Source: Vermamoeba vermiformis (lineage: Eukaryota). From it: a stretch of DNA of 64,000 bases. Positions within the stretch are counted from its first letter, which is position 1; each line of letters begins with the position of its first letter. Under the pieces are notes generated by a model. It saw only the letters and a program-made list of their open reading frames with translations. It was not told where the DNA came from and made no database searches. A program made the position numbers and the translations under genes. Positions 10,201 through 21,917 of this stretch are shown here, piece after piece. The DNA lies in the NCBI GenBank assembly GCA_045837725.1, contig JBEWZL010000202.1, forward strand, positions 434,001-498,000. The letters are read 5' to 3'.

Positions 10201-13200
10201 GCCTGCAGAGTTTAACAAGCACTTTGCAATTGTCGTGAGATCTGAGGCAACACAAATGCCGTACGGTGTCGCGCCATGATTCCAAGTCACCCTACTAGAT
10301 GTTAGTTTCTGCCTAGATTAATGCACAAACAAACAACGTACCAATTAACTGTAGAGTTTTCAATAATGCCAACGCAATCAGTGTCAACGGTCACGTCCTT
10401 AATGTAACAATACGCGTGACAGTCGCCGTTCTAGTGTAGATGATAAAGGTCAGAAAGTAATTCAAAACCAAGGAATGACATCACTTACGGCTAATTCAGT
10501 GTCGGTACAACGGGTGGGTGGGAAACAATCATTGACGGTTTGAGTGGGACGAATGCATCGTTGGTTATCAGTAGGCAGACCAACGAACACTGCACCACCG
10601 GTCTCTGTGGAGTTGAAGAGGTTGCAAATCGATCCCGTGGCTCCGAATGTTCCCTTGTATTGACAACGAGGGAAAATGGACACTTCAGCGCACGTGTCAC
10701 CGTAGCAAAAGCCGCAAAAGTGATCGCTGCCGAGAGCATTATTTTGCGGCAAACAGTGTTCTGGAGGCAATGTGTTATTAACGCGATAAATGACAGTGGT
10801 AGACACTTACGTTCAGTGCAGAAAGTGTCAGTCAGACTGTCGCATTGACTCCAATTGCACGACTCGACTTGCTCGCAAAGTGTGGGAGAACTTCCGTAGT
10901 TGGAAGAAAGAGGGCCCAAGCACGACTGATTGTTGACCAATGTGTTCAAGAAGGTTGACACGTACGTTGATGGAGGGGCATTATCTGACATCAAGACATT
11001 AGTCTCCGGGTTATATAACCCAACAAGTAAGACTTACATGGCACACCGAGCTCACTTCTGATAAACAAAGCGACGTAGTTGTTCATGTTCTTCTCGATAC
11101 ACTAAATACATTTAATCAGCTATTTGCTCTTATGCACTCGTGCGGTAGTGCACTCACCTTGATCAAGTACGTAGTCTCCTCATCACCCACTTCGTCCAAT
11201 CTGCTGTATGTGACGCAAGTGTCGATGCCAGCAATTGTGGTGCAATTGTTGCTGACACATTCAGTATTGTTCTTGCAAGGCAGAGAGCAATAGCCGTTTG
11301 GCATGCAAAGCGAGTTAATATCGACATTTGTGCACATATCGCTAATTTAAACAACGTGAGTTAACCACCACTCCTTCCACTATCTTATAATGACTTACTT
11401 TGCAGAGCAAGGCTGTGAAAACACTTGCAATTGACAGGTTTGCAATGGCGTCTGTGTATTATTGAACAGAGGATTGTTCAACGCCTTTTGGGTTTCCAAA
11501 GAACAAACATCACGACGGATCAATGCACCCTCGGACAGATTGATATATTGATCCAAAGCATTCTAGCGCACTGTTAGGATCGGTATGTGACTTGATATTA
11601 GTGTACTTACAGTCGTACAAGCAGGCAAGTTGCAAGTTTTGTTGACCGTATCGAAGTTGATCTGGTATGCTGGAGCATTGACAATAACGTCACGAGGAGC
11701 ACAACATTGAGTAGGTTGCAATCTAGGCAAAGAAGATGAGACTTACTATACATATATGGTAAATTAATAGTTGAAGCTTACGAGGGGTTGCAGCACGGAT
11801 CGGTCAAATAGGCCTCACTAGTTGGATCTGTCACGAAACAACTTGCAGTGCTGTTAACAGTTGTGGGCACGCTAGTAGCAGACAACAATGAATTTTCAGT
11901 CAAGCGGACACATCCGAGCCAATCATTGCTGACCGCGTAGGCCAAGGACTAGAAATTTCATCGTTAATAAAATTGATAAAATATTCTCTGAAAGATACTC
12001 ACGCGTAGACGATATTCATAGACGTCATCTTCAGTTGCAAACGATGAACTTTGCAAGTCAGTCAACAACGTAGTAAGTCCTTCGCTGACATCAAAGAAGC
12101 CAGCTGCAGAGCACGTCAACTGGCGTTGCGTGAGTGATGCACTGCCAGTCAAATATTCGCCACCACTGTTTCTCAATGAGCCCGCAAATGATACTTGGCA
12201 CGTGGAGTCGCTGAGAATTGACGCTGAGAACGGGAAGATTGTTCGTGAGACCTAATCGATTTTGAAGTTAGCAAGACTAGTTCAACAAATGCACTTGTAT
12301 TAATCCTTCCTAAATATTTACATCGATTATGTATCTTATTATAAGGTTTAACTTACTTGAGCGCTAGTAAAAACTTGAACGGACGAAGCAAAAGTCCACG
12401 AAATTGTTTTAGAAACGTAATCCAATGACGCTTCCAGATCACTAAAATTAATTAGTATCACCATAATATTATCATTGGACTTATAGACGTACGTTAATGT
12501 GGCAACGAAACTGAACAACGGATCATTTGTTGGCGGCAAGTTTTGACAGTAATCATCGTCCAATACGCAATTTTGGAATATGAAACTTTGATTTGCGCAC
12601 GTTATTTGTGGGACCACTATTTTATAATTAGTAAACAGTCAATTACAGCCTTTTGTTATTTAATTTTACGGGAGAGATTCCCGACGAGATTTTGGGTGTA
12701 AACAGGATTATAATAAATAAGAAGTGCTTACTGTTGAACCATGCATCGGTAATGCTAATAGATTGTGCCGTGTCTAAAAATAAATAAAATCAATACCTTA
12801 AAAATCAAAATTAAAGAAATCAAAAAATATAAATGTATCACTAACACTACTAAATTTAAGACGATCATATATGACCAAAAATGAAATGAATATTAAATAA
12901 TTTTTGTAACAGTTAAAAATTTGATCGTTAAGTAAATTCCGTTATGACTTTTTCTTACCTCGAACTTCGACTTCGAAAGTGGTTGTAGCATATGCGATTA
13001 CTGAAAAATATACTGTTCCATCCCATGAAGGATTCTTCGTGCGGATTGCAGAGCAGCAAAGGACAACGCCGTCAGATCCGGTATTTTGATAATAATAATT
13101 GTTATTTGTTGACGTTGGGGTCTTAATAGTCGATGAAACTGATACTGCAACATCGGGATCGCCGCTTAAGCTTCTAACAAAGATGGGAACGCTATCGCAA

Positions 13201-13559
13201 GTGGATGGATTGGAAGCTTTGAATTCAAAAGTCATGTATGTGTTTGCTTGTAATGACAGATCGCTTCCATAGGCCCCATCTATACAAAAACTCGTTGATT
13301 GAGCTGTATGGCATCCGCTTGTAACAGTTTGTGAACAGCAAGGCAAGATGTCGAGAGCAACCGGATTAGCCGTGCAATTAGCGTCAAAATATAAATCTTG
13401 GTCGAATGTTGCTGTAGCCACGACCAAATTTGCTCTTATGACGCTAGTTTCGTATCTCTTGTTCACGTATTCCACAGATTGGATTTGGGGAGCCGCGCCA
13501 AAAGTACGGTTAATGCAACCGAGAAGGACAATAAAGGATAATAAATATAGTCTATCCAT
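7251..13559 (-). CDS. Large signal-peptide, Cys-rich ectodomain, multi-pass (about 7 TM) receptor-like protein; many exons
   Basis: N-terminal MDRLYLLSFIVLLGC signal peptide, consecutive Cys-rich minus-strand exons bounded by GT/AG, several hydrophobic helices in 7400-8400 and a Ser/Lys-rich tail. Confidence 0.75.
8681..8754 (-). tRNA. tRNA-Thr(AGT), intronic
   Basis: Reverse complement GGCCTAA...TTAGGCCA with anticodon arm CCCGC-CTAGTAA-GCGGG and T loop TTCGAAT. A T-run terminator follows. It lies in intron 8600-8816. Confidence 0.95.
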
Positions 13560-14430
13560 TATTCAAATACAAAGCTTAATAGTATAAGATCATACAAGAG
13601 CTTTGGTTTACGGTTGTAAAATAAAAAATGAAATAAAAACCCGGCGTTGATTTAGTCCCGCGAACAGAAAGTTGTAATCCTTTATTAATTGAGCAATTTC
13701 TAGCATTACAAAGTCTTTTTGGATGGCCTTCTGGCGTTAATAATATTACATAAATATATTTTTACGTGTGTACCTCCCTTTGTTGTAAATTGAAAAGTCG
13801 GCCTTTCTTTCTTTTCAATCTCCATCGGTGTTGCGAAAGGTGGGTTATCATACAACTTCTTACTTAGGGTCGGCCAGTATGCTAATGGGGATTCGCGTAC
13901 ATGCACCTTATCCCAGTCATCAACGCTCTCTTCTTCAAATAAATTCTGCGTATTACACACAGCTGAGGATCCTTTCCAATTATACACACGTGCTATAAAT
14001 TAGTAAATCTCTTCTTCCATTGCGCTACTTAGTTGGTTACAACAACTACTGGTAAATTTTTGCATCCGGATGCGGGAGATATCACTGAAATTCACCAACG
14101 TAACGAACCTCCCAAAATTTCGTGTTTTTCATTACGTACTAGTAACGCATCTACAGGACCAAGGCAAAAAGACACGAAGTTTCAATCAGCAGTTTCGGTC
14201 GAGAAGCTCCTGAAGCTCTTAACAGTTCGGCAGAAGGACATTCCAGTACACGCTGGAAGCGACCCATTACGCCGAGAAGTTCTTATCGCCTTTTAACGTC
14301 TTCATTAACAAGACAAAGGCGAAAGCTTTGCAACAGTAAATGTTTAAATTCGGTAAATGAATCTTCCCTCATTTCATTATAATTATGTACGGGTAAATTT
14401 ATGTATGCGCACCACGCTACAAATGAATGA

Positions 14431-17400
14431 TTAATCTCCCCATTCATCGCTATCAACACCTTGCTTGTCTTGACCGGGCATAATCACCTCACCGGCATTG
14501 GCGTCCTTCCACTCTTGCATTCTCTCGTGGTACTTGTCAATAACCTATACATAGGATTAGTAAGCTGGTTGTCATATAATCCATTGATAATGCGTACCTT
14601 AGCAGCCAATTTCTTGGGGTCGTTCATGTCCTCTTCTTCGGGATTGAAACGACGAACTTTACGAACAAGTTTAGGAGCCTCAGACAACTTCTTCATGTCA
14701 GAAGGTTGCAAGCTGATCACCTTGGGCTCTTTGTTTTGACCTCCGAGCCATGCTGACGAGTCCAAGACAGCTTCACCGCTGTTTGTGGGAGGGAAGACGT
14801 CGTCTTGGAAGAACTCTTTCTATATTAGGAAAACACGTGTCAGATCAGGATCGATATCGGTTATAGAAGGTCTCGAGCCTAGTCCATTGTCAATAAGAAT
14901 AACGTACTCTAGTTCTAGGAACGAAGAAACTGATGACTTCAACAGTGTCCTTTGTGAGCTTGAATGTGCGCATAAACTCGACGTTCTTAACATCGCAAAT
15001 AGTCTTAGGCAACACTGACACTGCAACTTGAGGAATGTTGCTCTTGTAGTCAATGAGGCCGTGGACATAAGGCTCAGCGTTTTGTAACTCGTAGAAACGC
15101 AAAGTGCTGTCACCCTAAGTATTACGAACATTAGTCTAAGCTCTTATAATAACCTTAGCGAGTCATACCTTGCCCCAGAATAAGAGAACACCGGTGTCTT
15201 GATCGTAGACAGGAGTAGGGAAACCAGATCCGCTGTCGACCAAGAAGCTAGTCAACTTCTTGCCGCTGTTTCGGATATCAATCAACTCAATGCGACGCTC
15301 GCTCATCTTGTTGAAACCAGTGCAGATGAGTTGATCTTGCTTGCCCTGCCAAGTCACAGCCGATCCTTGAGCACCACCAACATCATCAAACTCTTGAACA
15401 CATTTCTCTTGACGAGGGTCCCAGAGACGGATCTTCTTGTCCTTAGAGTCAGTAACCATCAAACTGCCGTTGTAGTTCCAGCTAACTGAAGTAGTGGTAT
15501 CAGTGAAGCCCTAATCAATATTAATTAGCAACTTTAAATAATTTTTTTAGTTTTCAACGTACGCGAAGAGTGAGTACGTCAGTGTTCTTGTTCAAGTCCC
15601 AAACTTTAGCAGTCAAATCACCACTAGTAGAAACGAGAATGTTGTTGACGAGAGGATGGAAGTTGACGGTGACAATCTTGTGGTTGTGGTTGAGAAGATC
15701 TGCGTCAGGGACGGTCACGTTGCTCTTGAGACCGACAAGGCCGTCAGCAGGGACCTTCCATAAACGAACACGACCGTTCTCACCACCAGTGGCGAGCAAT
15801 TTGTTGTCGAAAGGACTGAATTCAAAGTCGATTACAGTTGAACCAGTTTCAATAACAGGCACGTTCAAGTCAGTCAATTTTCCAGTTTTCTATTCGCCAC
15901 AATTAGTTACTGTCATATCGGGTGTTGAGTGAGCCTTACCTTGGTTGAGAAAACACCGACACGACCAGCAACACCTTCCCAAGGCACAGCGAAGAAGTCA
16001 GGGTTAGCGCTCAATGATCGCGTGGCCATAGCGTTGTTAGTGACACGCAAGTTGGTGTAGAAAAGGTTCTGATTGACAGGCTTGCCAAAGATGTTCTTGT
16101 ACTTGGACGAACGAGTGATTTGAATGTCTTTGGGGATATAGAACTCGCTGTCAGGATCGTCTTCCTCTAACTCTTCACCGGGCATGTGCTCCACGGTAAT
16201 AACGTTGTTGCTCTCAATCTTGACCTCTTGTTTGATTGTGAATGCAGCACCGTCAGATGTCTTGGCTTGAATGTATTTGTATTCAATCTTTTGACCACCA
16301 GACACAAATTGGCGAGGAGCAGGCGAGTTGTTACCCGAACCAGTACCAGCGCCAGTGCTAGTAGTGTGGGAGACAGACGGTGAGTTGTTGTTGGAAGTGC
16401 TAGCAGGAGTGCTAACATTGGACGAACTCGATTCGTTGGCAATAGTAACACCTTCAGGAGCCAAACTGACCAACTTGGGAACCTTATTTTCACCGGCGAA
16501 CCACTCGTCCTGAGTCTATACCAACACCGTTAATAACGTCCTAAGAGGTCAAATATTGTTTGGAACTTACAAGAGCGGGCTCTCCTCCGCGAGTCTCAGG
16601 GAAGAGATCTGCGTGGAAGTCACTGTAAGTCTAAACAAGACCTGTTAGCATGTGTATTATGGTAATATTTGCCGAGTATAATACCTTGCGAGGTACAGTG
16701 AATCTAACAGGAATGATAGTATTGGCGGTGACCTTGAGCAATCTATCGACTTCAGCGGACATAACATCGAGACCAGCTTTAGGTACCAAGCAAATACCAC
16801 GGTGTTGATCCGGCATTACGAATGGTGTGAGTTCAGAGAAGTAAGGAGCATCGCTCTTCATTTCATACAGCTTGACGGTGCTATCGCCCTATAATAATAA
16901 ATTGTAAATAACCGGTTTAAAGCGAAGGATTAAATAGGCCAATAATTATATATTGCACTTACTCTGCCAGTAACAAATAAGACTTCGGCGTCAGTATCAT
17001 AATTAGCTGTTAATACGGAGGTTCCGCAATCAACGCTTTGAGATTTTAATTTAGTCAAGCCGTTCTTAGTATCCCAAAGAGCAAACTCTCGTTCGCGAAG
17101 CTTGTTCGATCCTTCATAATAAATAAAATGCTTGTCAGATATTTTGATCTCGCCATCCGAATATCGGTTCGAAATTTACCAGTTGTCAAGAATCGTCCTG
17201 ATTGACCCAACCAAACAACTTGAGAGCCCTTAGTGCCATCATGACCGTCCACTTCCTAAAATAAATTTGCGTTAGGCAATTTTACGAAGATTTTTTCTAA
17301 TTTAATCGAAATTAATTTACGCTAATTGAATTTAACTCTAAAAATTATAACACGATGGTAATTCAATTAAACAATTACCTGCACGAAAGATTTTGCTCTA

Positions 17401-18002
17401 GGATCGACGAGTCTGATTTTTTTGTCCTTGCTCGTAACGGCCAGCAAGCTTCCATCGTAATTCCAAGCCAAGCCCCAAATAGCGTCTTTAAAGCCTTCAA
17501 TCACGAGTTTTTCTTGTTCGGACGATGTATCCCAAATACGGACTGTATTATCGCCACCACCAGATGCGAGAACGTTGCAAGCCGCAGGATGCCATTGAAG
17601 AACGTCAACACGCTTTCCGTGGCCCTTCAAGGTAGCATCAGGTACTGTTAAATCGTCAGACAATCCATCCTCTGGTAATTTCCACAATTTGACGGTCGCA
17701 TCAGTGCTAGCAGTAGCAAGATGCCAATCGAAATAAGGGTTCCATTGGAAGTCATTGACGGGCTGAGGGTGAGCATGGATCAAAGGCACGTTTCTCTTGC
17801 GTTTGCCGAACTCGCCGTGACCAAGGATGCCCAAGCTACCGCCTGTAGGAGTGCCCCACAAGACGGAGATCCACAAAGGCGAAGCGGAAATGATAGTACC
17901 CTCAGTAGTGCTGTTGGACACATTGAGGTCAGGGTACCAAGCTTCCCTCTTGAAGGCACTGCCTTTCAAGTTTCTGAACTTGCTTGTGGTCAATCGTGAC
18001 AT
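14431..18002 (-). CDS. CORO7: Coronin-7 (tandem coronin)
   Basis: Two coronin units (SKFRNLKG; SSKYKNIFG), WD40 repeats, VPRK..FHADLFPET and VPRT..FFQDDVFPPT motifs, and an acidic C-terminus GVDSDEWGD. Confidence 0.92.
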
Positions 18003-18154
18003 AATTAAAAGATAATTACGAAAAAAATTCAACGCACCACAAAAAAATCAAGAGGCACGTGATTTTTGATCCCGTATTGAAAGATAAGATCGCAGCGATA
18101 ATTGCGTAGAAAGCACAGGTTAGGTTTATTTATAATTTTTTTTTTGAGTTTTAT

Positions 18155-19108
18155 TTAGAACTTCAACTCGTGAGGGAATTGCTTCTTCTTGAGGGAGAAG
18201 CGAGAGCTCAAGTAGCCAGCAAGCATAGGAGTCTTCTTGACAAGGGGCAACAATTGGCTATCAACAGCCTTTTGGTCAGCCTTTCGGGCGGCGGGCAATT
18301 CCTTCTTCTGTGGATGGAGATTCGATCAATAATTGTCCACAAAAAGATCGTGTGTTTTAAATTCTAAATTACCTCTTTCTTCTCGTTCAAAAAGTCGGCC
18401 TCAGACTTTTGGGTCTTGGCAACCTTGGTCTTTCTGAAATAAGCGTCGTTGATGTGCTCGGGGACTTTAACGGTGGCGATATCGAGCTTAGTGGAGGTAG
18501 CAATAACGTAAGCTTGGTTAACGCGACGGAGAGGAACACCGTTGACCTTGAAGGGACCTTCAAACAATAATTATTAACACGACTGTCGAATCAGCGATCA
18601 ATGACCAAACAATAAATATCCATAATTATTATAATAATTTTCTCCTCGGTCCTAATTAGTCGCCAATAATTACAATAATTTTAAATATTAATTATTACAA
18701 CAAAATAAAATAATTATTTTACTTACCAGTGACGAGGAGCAATCCAGACTCGAGTCTCTTCAAGAAAACGACTCTGTGACCACGGAATCGACCAGCAACC
18801 ATAATCAAAACAGTACCGGGGGTAATGTTTGATCTCAAAGCGGCGGGTCTGTGGTGGCTCTTGCGAGAAGCGATGGGGAGACGAACATCCTCGGTGGGGT
18901 AGTATCTAGGCTCCTTGGGCTTAATAACACGGGTACCCTTGCCCATGGGGACGGTCTTGGGTTGAGCAGCCTTATCAGCGGCCTTCTTTTGGGGACCGCG
19001 AGCCTTGATGGCCCATTGACCGTTCTTGTGGAAGGTCTGGGTTCTGCTGAATTTAGGAACACCCTTAGCGAGTAAAGTATTTCTGGGCTTGTTTCCGTGT
19101 CTAACCAT
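18155..19108 (-). CDS. RPL6: 60S ribosomal protein eL6
   Basis: [61 protein letters not shown]; ends PHELKF; 2 introns. Confidence 0.97.
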
Positions 19109-19282
19109 TGTTGGCTTTCTATAGGCGTTGAGATCGGCACAATTAAATTGAGGACAAAAAGGATTGAAACCAAAGAAGGGTTTTTTTCTTCGCAAAAGTT
19201 TGGGCCGAATTTTTTGGCCGGTATTTTTTAACCAAACAGATCGTCGTTATTTTAGCTTTCCTAAGCCACTGAACGCGTCAAG

Positions 19283-20994
19283 ATGGAGTTCAACGTTCAT
19301 AATAAATATGTAAATAGACCCCGAAAGGATGCATCGGTCAAAGTTATTTTGGATTACGTGATGGAACAGCTCGCGCGATTCGATTACCAAGAAGCTGAAA
19401 AATACGCTCGTCTTGCCCTCCAAAAGGACAATAAAAATACAGAGGCAATGGATCTGCTCGGAGAGATCCTAATGGGCAAAGGAGACTTCGATAGAGCTAA
19501 AGAGGTAAATCCAGATCCATATCAGTTATAATTTTATTATTATGCCTATTAAAATACAATTAAATGTAATGATAAATAATACAATAATAATTTATCCCTC
19601 AATTAGATTTTCCTGAGGAGCATCCACCTAAATCCCAATAGCGGACACAGCAAATACTCGAATATGGGCCAATTAGAGCAAGGAATTATTGCCGTAAAAT
19701 ATTACCGACAAGCAGTTGGCGTCTTGTTGGACGAGAAGGCTGCGATCGAGCAAGGAAAGGTAATTAGCGCAAACTTTTCAGGCATTTTTGCAGGCAACGT
19801 AATCTAATATTGGCACGCATAGGCACAAGGAAATATTAAAGAAATAGACTCGAGTATTGCTTCAGCGTTATGCTCGATCGCTGAGATCTACATGACAGAC
19901 TCCTGGTACGGTCTAATTAGTCAATTAAGATCCAACTGAATACTCTGACGTTAATATGTACTCGATTTTAGTGAGGACGACAATGCTGAGAGCGAATGTC
20001 AAAATATTTTGAACGAGGCATTGAAGGTCGATCCTAACAACGCCGAGACCCTGCAGCTGATGGCAAGCTTCAAAATTAGTCAACAGAAGCCAGATGAGGC
20101 CCTTCAGTGGCTCACTCGAAGTTATGAGACTTGGAAAGGTCTAATTGAAAAAGCAAACGAAGCTGACATTGGTGAACCGAACGAGGAACGTGAAGGTAAG
20201 TGGAAAAATTGAATAGTCATGGGATAATACACGTCGCGAGGCTATCCGTTGTGTTAAATTACCATCGGAGTTGCCGGGCGGCAGTATTGTGCGTGACAGA
20301 TATTAAATTTCCGCAACGATTGTCGGTTTAATTCTTCCATCTTGGTTTGAAACCAAAATTATATCTTTGATAGCCTAATTATCGCGCATATCACCTACCG
20401 TAAATCCTTTGCGCAACAATTAACGCGTACACACGCATTTATTCCGTAAATTGAATGGCGGAGAATTTGGCGTGACACATTTACTAACCTCTGTCTTCTA
20501 GCGGAGCTCGCGGCTATTATGGAAGGCATTCCCATCTTCGAGTTCCGGATCGCCACCGCCAAGTTATTCCTTGAATTAAACAAGCCCGAGACAGCTGCAG
20601 AGATCCTCAAGATTCTGTCGCTCGAACAAGACGATGTTGCGGAGGTGTGGTACTTGCTCGGATTTGCATACAGTAGTAACCCAGACCTTGCGGCAAATGT
20701 CTTGCACTGCTGCTTGACTGCCCGAGATGTGAGTATCCCGCTACGATTTAGCGTATCTTCCATGCATGGATCTGACTCAATCAATTTCATTAGATTCTCG
20801 TAAAAACGGAGTGCGATGTTCCACAAATCTACGAACAAGTTGACACACTGATAGCTAAGGCAAAAACAGAGCTGCAGAAACGAGGCATCGATCCTGAACA
20901 GTACCAGAGCCACATGGTCGATTTGGACGGTGCTGAAGGAGACGGCGAAGATGTAAATAATGACGAAGAAATGGAAGATGTCGATGATAATTAA
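19283..20994 (+). CDS. ACL4: TPR protein, assembly chaperone of uL4 (Acl4-like)
   Basis: Spliced motifs GHSKYSNMGQL, ALCSIAEIYMTD, ALKVDPNNAETLQLMASFKISQQ and FRIATAKLFLEL...EVWYLLG, plus an acidic tail. Confidence 0.75.
20216..20421 (+). ncRNA. Candidate box H/ACA snoRNA in ACL4 intron 20196-20501
   Basis: Hand-folded hairpin 20216-20297, then an ANANNA box (ATATTA, 20300-20305), hairpin 20312-20413 and ACA at 20416-20418. Confidence 0.4.
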
Positions 20995-21103
20995 TAAACG
21001 AAATTGTAATTCTCGAGAAATTTTTCTTTTGGTTGTCATCAAAATCAAACTTTCACTGTGTGTTTATTCTTCGAATGACAACCACATATCTCTTTGCCAA
21101 AGG

Positions 21104-21626
21104 ATGGAGGTAGAAGAAGTTCCGCTCGACCAAGAGCTCAGCGAGGACACAAAAAAATTTATATTAGATTTGGAGTTTGTCCAATCTCTGGCCAATCCAG
21201 AATATTTAAAATGTAATGAAGAGTCTAGCTGGTATTAAAATATTGGTTATTAATTATATATTACAGTTCTGGCCCAGCACGAGAATAGATATCTTCAGGA
21301 CGATAAATTTGTTGCTTATTTAAAATATTTACAATATTGGAAAAGCCCAAAATATGTCAAATACATTGCGTAAGTATAAACAAGTAATTTACGGCATGGA
21401 ATAATTATTAATTAATTTTTTGGACAGCTATCCTCATTGTTTGTATATCCTCGATCTGTTGCTGGACGAAAATTTCAGAAACCAAATATCTCAACCGGGG
21501 CTCAGCGATTACATTTACAAGCAGCAATACTATCAATGGAAGTACTATCGAAACCATAGACTACAACCGAGTGAAGCGCAACCAGCCGGATCGATGGAAG
21601 TCAAATCCGAGGTGCCATCCAAGTAG
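21104..21626 (+). CDS. MED31: Mediator subunit 31 (Soh1)
   Basis: FILDLEFVQSLANPEYL...YLKYLQYWK.P.Y..YI.YPHCLYILDLL..E.FR; 2 introns. Confidence 0.95.
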
Positions 21627-21917
21627 CTACTTAACGTATGTTAAATATGTAAATATTGATTTTGCGAGGGAATAAATTAATGCTTTTACTCCGGACAAAG
21701 CGTATACTTCCCCGTATGAATTAATTAATTTGTTCCGTTTTGCTGGAGGTAGCTCCCGAGATAAACATTCCAAACGCGAGATCTAAATAAGGCAAAATTC
21801 TTCCCTAGAGAAAACAATTTTGAACACGGAACATCAAGGCATTATTTCAAAACTGGTTATTGATTACCACGCGGCAAGTTATTATTTTTTAGTTTATGGC
21901 AACGAACTAGATTTGAC

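Noticed and set aside
12666-12673. Other DUSE-like octamers (12666 minus, 46319 plus)
   Set aside because: The position about 63 nt downstream falls in coding exons with no snRNA features, so these are likely chance matches.
13706-14300. Small minus-strand gene or selenoprotein (TGC-TGA near 14186)
   Set aside because: An in-frame TAA lies just upstream, and there is no start codon, SECIS or recognisable family. At most it is a gene relic.
18559-18726. Box C/D snoRNA in the RPL6 intron
   Set aside because: A CTGA is present, but there is no convincing RTGATGA box C or terminal stem.
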